Origin: Lama glama
Taxonomy: Eukaryota
Assembly: GCA_028534125.1 (NCBI GenBank)
Contig: CM052816.1
Span: forward strand, 61,568,001 to 61,632,000
Reading direction: 5' to 3'
DNA length: 64,000 nt
Positions within the stretch are counted from its first letter, which is position 1; each line of letters opens with the position of its first letter. The notes beneath the pieces were generated by a model. It made no database searches. It was not told where the DNA came from and was given only the letters and a program-made list of their open reading frames with translations. Positions 39,830 to 52,960 of this stretch are shown piece by piece. The position numbers and the translations under genes are program-made.

Positions 39830-40720
39830 TAATTATTCATTCATTCAATAAAGTTTTGTTGCATATTTATTATATTTTAGGCACTGTTCTAGACATTCAG
39901 CATTTCTAATTAGAACATTCTGTGATGATAGAAATGTTCTATATCTACTCTGTCCAATGTTGTGGCCACCAACCACATGTGGCCATGGAGCCATAGAAAT
40001 GTGGCTCGTGGGTCTGAGGAACTGAACTTTTAATTTTAATTAATTTAAATTTGAATAGCCATGTGTGCCTCTCAAGGCTTTTGCATACTAAGTAGAGGAG
40101 ACAATAAAAGTAATAAAGAAGTAATTTGAAAAATAAACAGAGTAAAGTAGTAGTAAGTAGTAAGAGGGGACCGAAACAGGAAGATGAATCTCTGTATATC
40201 CTGGAATGGGCAGGAAGGATAGTGCAGTACCATAGTTTCAGAATAAGGATGGTCAAGGAAAGACCTCTCTGATGAAGTGACACTTGACCTGAAACCAAAT
40301 GACGGGAAGACAACAATATGAGGAATCAGAAGAGGAGTCTTCCCAGGAGGACTAGCAAATGCAAATATCCTAAGGACAGAACAAGGTTAGTGTACTGAGG
40401 AAGAGAAAGGTCACTGTGTCTGGAGCATTCCATACAAGAGAGAATAAGTTCAGGGAAGGAGGTAGGCGCTAGATCACAAAGGCCACAGTTGAACATAGTT
40501 GAGGGAAGGAGGTAACCACCAGTCTTTTAAGCAAAACAGCAAAACAGTGACATGAAGCAATAGTATGTTTTTAAAAGAGCTCTCTGAGAGGTTACTGGAG
40601 AATAGACTGATTATAGGCAGAAGAAAGTGAGGCGGGAGGACCAGGTAAGAAGCTATTCCATTTGCCAGTTTAGTCTAGAGTGGTAGCAGTACAGACGGTG
40701 AAAGTGACAGAATTGTAGAT
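39830..40720 (-). mobile_element. L2 LINE 3' part, interrupted by MER3
   Basis: Starts attcattcattcaataaa...ttaggcactgttctagaca and continues with purine-rich ggatggtcaaggaaagacctctctgatgaagtgaca... Confidence 0.75.
39905..40070. mobile_element. MER3-like hAT-Charlie MITE
   Basis: tagaacattctgtgatgatagaaatgttctatatct...ccacatgtggcc...gaggaactgaacttttaattt...tttaaatttgaatagcca. Confidence 0.8.
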
Positions 40721-41736
40721 ACATATAATTAGTATAATAAACTGATACATAACATAGTATAGAGTAATAAACTTTCTAAAATCACATGGCATACTCCCTT
40801 CACATTTTAATATAAGGGTTGAAATTTTATTTAACAATCTGACATTGCTGACAGTTACTCAGCTCTAATAATGTTCCCTATTATTCATATAAAGAAATGA
40901 CTTTCATAGCATCAGTATGGTTCATCAAATTTTTATAGCTCAGAAAAATGCACCAATAAAAGCCTAGAAATGCTTGTTTTTTAAAAAAAAAGTTTCATTT
41001 TTACCATATTCTGCAAATAAGATTTATCATGTTAGAGTTATGAGCTGATTATGCGATGTCTGCGTCTCGATAAATTATTCCTGGCTTTCTACTTATGTGC
41101 AGTATGTGTGGTTTATTGCAGAGAGTAAAACTGAGAAGAATTCCAGTACACATGTTCATTCAGGGGCTATACACATGGCTAGTCATTGTATATAAGGGTT
41201 TTTTTGTACCCTGTCCCTAGTGTCTTGGCATTACTTTTATTATGTCTGCAGTACTCATGTAGATGAAATGCCACAACACATTCTTTTACTATTGTAGCCT
41301 CAACCAGGCTTTTTTTTTTTTTTTTAAGAAAAAGCAATTACCATCATAAAAATTCCTTACTGGGGAACTTTCCATATTGCGTTATCATTCCATGAGTCTA
41401 ATAATAGTGGGATATAAAGAAAAAAAATTTTTTTAATACTGAAATATCTAAAAAAGACTTTTGAGGTCTCTATAATGAGAAACACTAAAAGTCTGGAGGA
41501 GGAGAAATAAGAAAAAAAGAAGTAAAGTTTTTTAGACTCCTGGTACTTGTTACAGATTTATAAAGCATTGCCTAGCTAAAGATAATTTACAGATCACATG
41601 CACCTTTACCAATGTCTAAACACAGTTAAAGAACTCTCAGTCTGTCATCTGTTGGGAGATTGCTAATGCCTGTAATTGGTCATTGCCTGACCTTTATGTA
41701 TTTCTATCCTGATAGCTCTATCTGCCTAAAAGCTAA

Positions 41737-41910
<174 letters not shown>

Positions 41911-43967
41911 TAAGTAGCTAAAGTAAGCCGGAGCCAACAAAAAGACACAGTTGGAAATGATTCAGAGCTGTGGTTTCACATGTTATCTGTAAAAACGTTT
42001 CACTAGTGAGCCAAGTGCTTGTCTTCAGAACAAGTACTAGGCATAGGAAAGTGGAGGAGCCTTGTTAGACAGACTTTCTTTTTTTTTCCCTTTCACCTTA
42101 CTATGTAACCAAAAATAAAAGGAAAAGAGAAAAGCAAAGCATAGTGTATCTATCCCAGGTATAGCCAGACTTTCAATCTAGTAATAATCAGATAGATTTC
42201 CTCCTGCAAAGACTACTGAATTATGGATGGATCCAGGTCTGGTCTTAGCTACATTACCATTATTCCCAGGAAACCTAAGTTCTTTTCACATGTCACAGAA
42301 AATTATTACTGCTACATTAGTATCAAAAGGACCAATGAGAGCACTTCAAGGTTTGAAACGCCCTGATTCACATCACAAATCACAATGAGAAGAATACTGC
42401 CCATGTGTTAAAATAGTTTCCATTCACATGCCCCCATTAATCATCTTCCAGGGCTGCCGCCACTTTTCTCCCTGTGACTGTTTTATGTAGGTCAGACTGC
42501 TCCTCTCCCACCACTCCTTTTCGCCAGCCAGAGTCCCCCTGGCGTAAAGCCAGCCCCATCAGTATTCCTTGCTAGCTGTATTACTTCTCCCTCCCACCAG
42601 TGCCCACTGCAGGTGGACAATTCCTCTGGTTGGTCTTTCCTGTCCTCCCCGGGCCTGAACTGCTCCTTAGCTGCTACAGGTCAAGTGCTCTCATTTTTGT
42701 CTAGAGCTCAGGTCGAGGGCCTTCCTTCCTGACAAATATTTGGTACAGAATAATGTTACAATATCACTTCTTTTTTTCCCCTTTCTGGGGTAAAAGATGA
42801 TCTATTTCAATTTTTCACTTTTTCTCATTTTAACTCAGGATCCCTCCCTTTGGTTTCTCTCTCTAATGTCTCTTTTCTTCATTTTTACTCTTTTTAGCTT
42901 GAAATTGCTTCCCTTTATATTAGTTCTTTGTTTCCATTCTCCCACTTTCTATTCGATTATTACCCACCTGCTATATAGACCTCTCTGTCACTGACTCATG
43001 AACCAGCCTTGCCACCACCACCCCCCTACCTTGTTTTTATCTGACCAACCCATTTCTCCCATGCTGGTTCAAGCTGGGCCATTTTTTCCCCTTCCATAGA
43101 GTCAGCATTCACTGGCATTCAAAATATATTACAAGTGTAACTTTGATTTTCCCGCTGATACCAGTGAGCCAAAATTATAGTTTAGACAATCTTTTTTAAA
43201 CAGTTACAGAATAATTAACCTAAGTTCAACTGCAGGCATAAAAGCATAAAACCCTATGATAATAAATTATATACCCAGATACTTAAGAGAATGACCTAGA
43301 CCTCTCTAAGAGAACAAGTTATTTTTTTTCCATTCAAGAATAGCATGCCCAAGGAATAATACATGGCTTTTCCTAATGTTAAATACTTATAAATGAATTT
43401 ATGTAAAACAAATATTTGACATCCTAATCTAAGTGTAATATAAAGTATTATAATGCAGGCCCATCTCATGTTTAGATTTAATTTTTTAAAACTTCATATA
43501 ATGTTTGAAATGAGATATAAATTTATTTCTGAATTTTATACTTTAAACTGAAGCTATTCCCAATCTGGAAAAAAAGCACTTTCCATTTCCTACTTGGTGA
43601 ATATATAGCATCAGATTATGTGTTTTGTTGAATATGATTCAAATGGCTTTTTGTTATAAATGATTTTTAAACTCGTTGCATTGAACTGAGCACCTATTTA
43701 CTATGATAATTAGAAAATACATTGATTTAATTGTATTATCTTAAGAATGTAAATCATCACAATTAAAAGCCTTATAAAGTTACAATAAATTACCTTAATT
43801 TTTGTGCTCAACAACCGTAATCATTATTACTATCACCAGCATGATTATTACTTTAATAACTAATAAAGTGTCAAATTTTGTATTTTCTTAAAGTAAATGT
43901 TAATATGTTTTCATCAAGCAATTTATGTACTCTTCATGTGGTTAGATATATTATATTCACATGTTAA

Positions 43968-44120
<153 letters not shown>

Positions 44121-44439
44121 TAAGCTATTTGATCAGAAATCCATGTGTGTGAGGGTCACATGAATTTTTGAAATTGAATGGAACCAGCCTCAAATTCATC
44201 AATTCCATCAACAAGAGTCAAGAGGAAACTTCAGTACTAGAAGCAAATACACTCTCCTGCAACAGAGGCAAGAGAGAGACACACACACCCTGAACTTTCC
44301 TGACCCTCCAGCACTCACAACTTTGCCCCCATTATCTTTCTTGAGTTCAAGAAACAAGGATTAATCTTATTATGCCCTTTATTCCATTTTATGTTTGCTG
44401 TGGCAAGAAGTCCCAGACTCCCTCATCACTCCTCATCTC

Positions 44440-46130
44440 TTGCCATCCAAGCCCATAAATCTGCATATCCACACTTCTGTTTCCTAACCCTGCCGAACCA
44501 CTGAAACTCTTTTGTGCCCTCAGAAACTCACAACCCATCATCAGCAAAATCCCTCATATCCTGACATCTCTGAATTTTCCTTCCCTTCATCTTCTTGTTC
44601 TCATGGAAACTAGCTCTGTGATACTGCTTCCTCTGCAGCCCTCAAAAGTTGAGGACATGTATTTTCTCCCTTAGCTCTCGAATGACTGGGCCTGGAAGTG
44701 AATTGACTGTCTTCTCTATATCTCATTACTCTTTCTAGATAGTTTTTCCTTCCTTATATCTAAAAATTACAGCTTTTAATTTCATGTCATCAGAGTAATA
44801 CCCACACTTCCGTACTATTTCTCACTCTTATGCTCTCCAACCCTATACTTATCTTAATTCTTGATTATTCATAAATATGTACATGATTTTTCCAACATCT
44901 TCTCTTCTAGGTTTTTCTGTAAGCGTACAAACTTGCTGTTATTTGTATCTTGAAAAAACCTGCCATTTAGTTTTCCACTTCTTTGCTCCTTTTGAAAGAA
45001 AATTCCTCAAAAGACTATCTATACTTAGTATATCTAATTCCTCTTCTCATTTTACCCTGAAATTGTTCCTCTCAGGATTTCACCTCCATCATTCTATTGA
45101 AAATGTTTTTATCAAGTCACTGATGTCTTCCATGTTGTGAAACCCAATAGTCAATTCTGAGTATTTATCTTACTTGATCTTCACTAGGTTTCCATGACAC
45201 TATAACTTTTTGGTTGTCACTCTATATTGCTGTTTATTCTCTCTCATTCTTCTTTGCTGGTTCCTACTGTTTTCTCTGACCTCTTAATGTTTGGGTACCC
45301 AGGACTCACCCTTTGGCCTTTTTCTCTGCCTTATCAATACTGTTTTCTTAGTGTCCCATCCAGTTTCTTTGCTTTTGATACTATTCATCTATTATTGACC
45401 CCCAAATTTATATTTTCAGCCCAGACTTCTTCCATGGATTTCAGGCTCATATCTTACCATTTATTAGACTTTTAATGGACATGTAATATTTAACATGTCC
45501 AAATGTTATCTCCAAAACATTTCCGCAAACCTATTCTTCCAGCAGTTTTCCCATCTCAGATGTCAACTCCATCTGGCTCAAGCTAAAACCACTCTATCTT
45601 TCACTGGATTACTTTTAAGAACTTTTTCAGTGGATTTCCCAATACTACTCTTGCTCCCTGCAGTCCTCAGTATAAGAGGCAGAGTGATTCAGCTGGAGTA
45701 TAACCTTTACTCAAGACCTTTCAATGGCTCCCCGTTTTACTTAAATCCAAATTTCTTACAAAGGCTTGCAAGGACTACACAATCTGGTCTTCCATTACTT
45801 CTCTGAGCTTATCTTTTACTGTTTTCCTCCTTATTCACTCTGCTCCACACAGGCTGCCTTCCTTGTCTGTGCCAGGTGTACTCTCACCTTAAAGGCTTTT
45901 GCATTGGCTATTCCCTTTGCCCTGTATACTTTTCCACTGAAAATATCTTCATCACTAGCTCCCTCTCCTCACCTTTACTCAACTGCCATCTTCTCAATGA
46001 GGCCTAGCCCAAATGCCGCAGTTAAAATTGCAACCCACTCTACTCCTTATAACCCTGGAACTCCTAATCTTCCTTCCCCTTCTCTATTTCCCCTCATACT
46101 ACCTCTAACACACTCTATAGCTTATTTATC
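44440..46130 (+). mobile_element. Long L2 LINE fragment(s)
   Basis: Extended C/T-rich L2 ORF2 and 3' sequence (caggatttcacctccatcattctattgaaa...caagtcactgatg..., aaggcttttgcattggctattccctttgcctg). The overlapping ORFs have no coding hallmarks. Confidence 0.75.
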
Positions 46131-46209
46131 ATTTTTACTTCTATTAAATTTTCATGTTGAAGTAATTGCAGATAGCTTCAATTACAATGGTTATTTTAAG
46201 TTATCGGTA

Positions 46210-47200
46210 TTATTCATTCACTCAACAAATAATTGAGTGCCTACTTGGTATCAGACTGTGCTAGAGTGAAAAAGACAATCTCTGCTCTCAAGGATTTTAT
46301 AATTTCTTGGGAAATCTCAGAAAAATCACAATATAGCAAAATATGCTAAGTGATATGATATAGTATGATATGATAGGATAAGTATGGGGTGCTATAAAAC
46401 ACGTGGAATTGGCACAGCCTGATTAGGGATTTAAGGAATTCTTCCCATTGGAAGCTAAAGATCTGAAGGGCAAATTGGAGCTGAACAGAGAAGAAGAAAG
46501 TAACAATGAGAGCATTCTAGGCAGGAAGAAAATTAAGTGCAAAATGTGGTGGTTAAAAGATTCAGCCTCAGATTTATGCTTTAGATGAAAGTGGATTAGA
46601 GAAAGTGAGATTACGACAGAACAGAAAACAAATTAAGAAGAATTTGAGGATACTGGTGAGAATGATTGAAGTGCTGAGCCATGTGCTATGCACTAGGGAA
46701 TGATAGTAGAGTCTAAAGAGGGCTAACGGGGAGAAAATTAAGGATCTGATTTTGAAAAGTCCACAAAAATTAAAGAACCAGTGTTGTAGGAAAAACAGGG
46801 TATGAGAGACAGCAGTTGAGGGGATCAGAGAATGGAATGTAGTTGAATTTTAGATATGAGAAGTGAGGCCATTCTCGATGAGGACAAATCTGAAGTGTGG
46901 CCATGGCAGTGCTTGCCTAACCTCGAGTGGAGGTGAGGGGGTTCCGGGAACATTGAGGCTAGGGAGTTTGGGGAGTCTTCCATGTGGAAGCTGAATTCAT
47001 TCAGCATGTTATTAGGACTTGAAGTGTACAGTGAGACTGTTAAGAAGCAGGTATCAAGCTCTTTAACAAATGAGGGGAAGTGACCATCATGAGGTTAGTA
47101 GGAAGCAGTGATGAAGCCAGATAGTGATTTGGATAGATAATATGAATCTCAGAAAAATAGAAGTTTGTGCAAGGGTAGAAGAATTGAATACCTACTGTAT
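46210..47200 (-). mobile_element. L2 fragments, reverse strand
   Basis: attcattcactcaacaaataattgagtgcctact...ctgctctcaaggattttataat followed by purine-rich L2 body. Confidence 0.65.
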
Positions 47201-47727
47201 GTTAGACTGTGTTAGGTAGGAATGAGAAAGCCAAACCCACCTCTCAGTTCCTATCCATTTCCATTGTTACATAATTGTAGGGATGGGCACACATTTTGGC
47301 CCTAATAACACAGGTGGTATGTAATATGAATAATATGTGACAGGTAACAGAAAAAGAAAAAACCATGCCAGCCATTTCAGGCTAGTCACGTTTTACCCAT
47401 GATCTGTGCTTTAGATGCTCAGGTTGTAGAGCTTGCTATTGGTGGGTTGCATTTCTGTTACTATCTTTGTCTTCTGTTTCAGCTTTTAGCAAATGTTAAG
47501 GGGGTATATTTAACATATCTATATCATGGATATACAAATAATTATGTTTTTTCATTAATCTTGACTCTACTAGTTTAGAATTTGAGGCAATTCAGTTACC
47601 ACACTGAAATTTCTTTTCATGCTATCCAAGTTAATAAAGCTGTCTAAGCATTAGCTGTGTAACCTGGAGCCTTTTAAAATGTAATGTAATACATGAGAAT
47701 TTAAACTTTCAAAACACATAATCTAGC

Positions 47728-47927
47728 CCAATGCTGTCCAAGAGAACTTTCCTCACTGATGGAGATATTCTACATGTGCACTGTCCAGCCTGATGACCAA
47801 CAGCCAAATTAACTATTAACCACTTGAAATGTGTCTAGTGCAACTGAAGAACAGAATTTTTAAGTTTAGTTCATTTAAATTTGAACAGCCACGTGTGACT
47901 ATTGACAACCATATTGGGCAGCACAAA
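47728..47927. mobile_element. MER3-like hAT-Charlie MITE, near full length
   Basis: caatgctgtccaagagaactttcc...gatggagatattctaca...cacttgaaatgtgtctagtgcaactgaagaa...atattgggcagcac, with imperfect terminal inverted repeats. Confidence 0.8.
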
Positions 47928-48319
47928 GCTAGTCTAGCAATGCAGTAGAAAAATAATTATAAAGAAGATTGTAAATATTATATATAAAATCATTGAAACA
48001 AGTCAGTATTAATACTGATTTTAGAAACAAACGTGAGACTTCTATTTTTGGTAATGACATTATTCTGAATTTTAAGTTGCTGAATAAGATTTCACACGTT
48101 AAAATCAGCTAAGAGCTAACAGGTAGTGTGGGAAATGCCCTAAGGTCGTACTCTTTGAAGGTAAACTCAAAATATAAGTGGAGCATCAGAGCAAGTAAGG
48201 CACTTTTACCCTGACAATATTCAGAGGAAGAGAAGAGATAAAGATATCTCCTTAAAGACAGAGATAAAAATCTAGTGTCTCTTTTTAAGTATAAGGAAAG
48301 GTGTTTTTTTGTTTTTGTT

Positions 48320-48580
48320 TTTCCAGAGGTCCTCCCCTGCTACCTCAGCAGACTTCGTTCATGTTTTGTTGGCCAGAAAACCACATACCCACCCTTAACT
48401 CAGTCATAGGCAAAAGGAATGGTGTTACCATAATTGGTTTAGACTAATCCAGATATGCCCCCTAAAATGGGGTTAGAGTCACCTTCCCTGAGAGGTAGAT
48501 TCCTGAGCAAAAATCAGAATTCTGTTGGCAAGAACGTAGGGAGTAATAGATATTGAGTATGCTACAGATGTCTGCATCAG
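48320..48580 (-). mobile_element. MaLR LTR fragment (MLT1-like)
   Basis: cagcagacttc...ttggccagaa...ggcaaaaggaatgg...ccataattggtttagactaatc...aaaatcagaattctgttggcaag. Confidence 0.65.
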
Positions 48581-48804
48581 CGCTCTTTTACTTTCCATCT
48601 TTGCTAATAGAAGCAGCAACAGAAGGAGTAGTAGCTGCTGCTAACATTTATGGAGCACTTACTACATACCAGACCTACTGTTTTAACCATATTTTCTTTC
48701 CATACTGAGAGTTCTCCTCAGTTGTGAGTTGGCTTGCTAAGATATTTTTAATCTCTGTATGTTCAATATAAATCTAGAAAAAACAATGCTAATTTAAGGT
48801 TTTG

Positions 48805-49370
48805 ATATAATCTGTTCTATAACAACCTTGTTTCTGCAACACAGATTAGTTAATAAGTGATTGAGCGATTTTGTGCCACATTTGTGCCACTGAGTAATAT
48901 AGCAGTTGAAGTCAAACTGAATTTTGACTTTATACAGTTGAACAGGAGACAAAAATTGTACATGATGACCATTCACCCCACATTCTTCTTTTGGTTCAGT
49001 TTAGCCTCATGCTCTGTCATTTCTATGTATGTGTTATTGTGTGTTTCTGCCTGTTCTTTGCACATTGGCCTTTTGTCTCTGTAAGTCAGCAGTCTCAGCC
49101 CTTTCTCATTAACTTATTTCACTTTTTTTCTTTAAAGATAAAGTGTTATGTTTACTTCAATATTTCTTCATTAGGAATTTGCCATGTATTTTTTAAATTG
49201 TGCTGTTATTTTATTAGAATTATCACTGTTTGTGTTAGTTTTCTGTCTTTGAGTTGTCTGCTTCTAACACTGTTTTTCCTGTGTGCCAATTATTTTTAGT
49301 GTGCAATTTTTGCAGAAAGAGGTTTTTCAGCAATGTATGTATCATATTAGAGCAGAAATGCCTATACTGT
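48805..49370. mobile_element. Possible Tigger-type DNA transposon remnant
   Basis: The ends tctgttctataac and attagagcagaaatgcctatactg resemble degenerate Tigger TIRs. Confidence 0.4.
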
Positions 49371-51711
49371 AGTTTTAAAATCTGTTCTAAAAGTTTCTAT
49401 TACATAGACTACATTATGGGACAGATAATTTAATTATAAATCATGAAGGGTGAATTGAATAGAGTTAAGACTGACTAATCCAAATGCAAGCAGCATTTTA
49501 GTATTTTCCAGTTAGCATATAATGGGTGTTACTATAGGAGCATTATAAGGTTATTGTGTTTGTATCCTTTAAGTTAACCTTGGTCCTCTTTTCTAAATGT
49601 ATAATGGTTTAAATGTTCTTTTTCACTATAATGACTATATGTCTATTATGTACAAGCTAATTTAAGGGATTCAAAAGAGTATTATTTGTCTTTTATCATG
49701 TCAGCCTCCTGCCATAGTGCATGTTTTACTTAATTTAATCCTATGCACATCATATTTAGTGACCCTTTAAATAAGAACTTAGAGAAACCTTTCCAATTAG
49801 TTAGAATCACTTTGGCAGTCGAGAACTAGAAAAAAAGTCATAAGCATTTTTGGCTTGGTCATTTATGATTCAAGAGCTTTTCTTGACACTTAAATAGGAG
49901 TAATACAAAGGATAAATTCAAATGATCCTGGAAGAACTTTTAATGTCATGAATCTCTGAGGCTTGCTCTCTGCTTTCTAACTTAAGCTCAAAATGCACAT
50001 TACAGTAACAAATAGAAAATAGAAAACCTAGGAGATATCAGGCGGATTCACATATATTTAATAGGTCCTACTTGCATTCCTTTTAAAATCTTATGACTCA
50101 TTTCACCCATCCTATCAGTTTGCCATATACTATAGCAGCCTTGACCCTCTCTTTTCTGTGATTAACCAGCTGGTACTATGGATTATTGCATAGTTCTCTT
50201 GCTTTTACATACAATAATACTCATTATTAGTTGTAACTCTCTTATTAGAGTTGAATTAGCTTCATTAAAATAACAACAGAAAAATAGAATAAATCAGAAA
50301 ATCAGAGGAAAAGGAAAATGATATAAAGCTGGGATTAGTACCTAAAAAATGTACCTCAAGTTCCTTTCACTTACTAAAGGTGGGCCACAAATTTTGCTTT
50401 GAGTTTCCTAGTAACCTAAGTAAAGAGGCAAACACTATCAGTTCTAAGATTCATAATGTCTGGTAGCCATGACAAAAGGAGATATGTCCACAATGTAACA
50501 CTTCATTATTCTGAAGCTTTGATACTCCTCCTTTGTGGATCTCTACACTTGTGAATCAGATTGAAACATATAAGGTTGACAGTATTCTTCTTGCTGAGGT
50601 TTGAGGAGGAATTGGACCTAGAACCAATGTAGACCAATCTTAAAAAGTGGCAAGCACTAAAACAAGATAGCCACACTGTCTCCCTAATGCTGGTGTAATT
50701 CCCACCACGGACATTTGAAGGGTATAGGAGTGGTGCTCCATTAACTCCTTGTCCCACTTTCCCCAGTTTCAGAGAGAGATCTACAAGAATAGAAGAGACA
50801 ACTTATAAAGAGAGAATCTCAAATCTTTAAGATTTTCAAATAAATCAGAAAATAGCCAGCTGTAAAATTGGCCTGACCACTCTCAGCAGCAACATAATCA
50901 CTTCAAGGCCAGATAGTCACACGCTAGACCCTGAGGCTGATTATCTGTATCAGGATGTATTGGATGTGCAGTTTGTTCAATACATCACCATTGGTCACCC
51001 TTAGAAGCCTTCAAAAGCATCTAAACAAGGACTCCTTCTTTGACATCCATATGATGGTCTCCAGGACAGAATAGCAAGTAAAGATAATAGCTGTGGCAGG
51101 AACAAATGAATGTGCTTTTCACTTTGAAGTTGCTGAGAAATTGGGAGCACCTATTAAAGACAGGATAATTGGATGAAGTTTGGTCTCACCATTAAACCAG
51201 GAACTTCAATAGAATATTTGGGATCATAAACTAATCTAATAGATACCGTCTTGTGGAACTTGTGTTTGGAGAGCAGAATTTCATGCAAGTCATGAGGCCT
51301 GGGGTTCGTTGGTTGAGGACACAATTCCCCATTCTGGACATAAAAATAAATAATTGATAAGGTCCTGACAGTTTTTATAAATGTGAAAAGTTAGGAGCTA
51401 ACATGATTATCAGGTAGTGTCATTATGAGACATAAAAACCCCAGATCTGTGCCCAAATCTTCTAAAATGTGTTTGCTCAAGAGCTGCTCAAAAATACTTT
51501 ATTATGTATATGGAATCTCCTTTTAACTGGCATAAAAGAATTTTGACTATTAACAAGCATTTTGGCTTTCCTGAGCAATTTTTCACTGCAGTGACTTAAA
51601 ATTATCATGCAAAATGTTCTAAGAAGGTAAAAATTGTACATAGTGTAAGTATTTTAAGTAGCTGAATATGTAGGTCAGTGTTGTGAGTACTTTACTTGAA
51701 ACTTGATTTTT

Positions 51712-52158
51712 TTTTAATAGCACAGGGAACTATATTCAATATCTTGTAGTAACCTATAGTAAAAAAGAATTATGAAAACGAATATATCTGTGTGCACAGT
51801 TTTTCCTGGAAAGATAAAAAGCATCAATAAGTTTAACATAGGCTCACACAGGCACCTCTCGTCTGTGTGGCTGCTGCTATCTATGGCAGTGTACCCTGAT
51901 AAACTCCTTTTCTATTCTCAAAAAAAAAGAGGTTTAATATAGACTGAGAAGGTTGATTCTAAACCCTCTAATTACTGAACCATCTATATGTCTTCGGGTA
52001 GGAAAAAACATACACATTAATGGGATAATTGGAGATCACATTGATAAATGAAGGAAAATACGTGACTTTTTTTTTCTTTTAGACAATGTACGGTAAGTTT
52101 TCATGAAAAAATATTTTATTCTTTAATAAATATCCAGCAAAGTGGCTGAAACAAATGA
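51712..52158 (+). mobile_element. TSD-flanked insertion: short L1 3' UTR piece plus about 370 bp of non-L1 DNA
   Basis: tagcacagggaactatattcaatatcttgtagtaacctatagt...gaaaacgaatatat is L1 3' UTR, followed by unique sequence and AATAAA at 52125-52130. Direct repeat aaacttgattttt at 51699-51711 and 52159-52171. Confidence 0.7.
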
Positions 52159-52704
52159 AAACTTGATTTTTGTAAAGAGTAAAAATATGGCCATATTAAG
52201 GTTATAAACCAAATTTTATATCTAAAGCTAAGGAAGTATTAACTACCATGAAAAGGAATTTTCTACATTTCTAAAAAGACTGTCTGGGTGTTGCTTAGCT
52301 GTTTTCCAAAACCAAGAAAATCCTTGTGTTTTTCCTATTCCACATTATTTGCGATTTGTGTGTCTGCTTGATAATGTGACTAGGATAGAACTTCTGGTGA
52401 AAAGCCTAAGATCCACTTTGGCTGGGATGAAATCACATTATTCTTACATCTTAAACATCTCGTTTCCTCCTTTATTTTATTCATCAAGACTATAAAAAAT
52501 TGTGGAGACAAAGGGTTTTCCAGGTCATCTATAGTCTATTCTAAAATTTAAGCATAGACTGGGTAGTACCTGGGTATTTTTTCAGTCAGCTTTGCTAGAG
52601 GGGCATGCTATTCTGCAGTCTTTTTCTTCTTCAGTCCATTGCTTAAGGTCATTAAACAGTGTTATTGCCTTGATTGTGGTACACAGGAAAAGTATAGTCT
52701 ATAT

Positions 52705-52960
52705 TTGCGGTAGGATTGTACTGAAAAAAGTATAGACTTTGGATTTATATTGACTTAAATTTAATCCTGACTATAGTAGGATTGGTGTTAGCTGACTTTG
52801 GCAAGACACCTGGCTGCACTAAACTTCAGCTAACTCCTATATAAGTAGAGTATAATTATATCAAACTAGGAGGTTTATTTAAGAATTAAAAGAAGTAACA
52901 CATTAAAACATCCACTGCCCCTCCTAGTACTGAATCTATACTCAGTACAGTGTAGCTATC
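52705..52960 (+). mobile_element. MIR SINE (degenerate)
   Basis: tagactttgga...tgactttggcaagacacct...taaacttcag...gtttatttaagaattaaa. Confidence 0.5.

Noticed and set aside
44877..46236. Chain of + strand ORFs (87-156 aa)
   Set aside because: These Leu/Ser/Phe-rich open frames arise from pyrimidine-rich degenerate L2 sequence, with no splice structure or recognisable domain.
50500..51500. Possible ancient coding remnant
   Set aside because: No convincing translation or splice signals found; probably a decayed ancient repeat that I cannot classify by eye.
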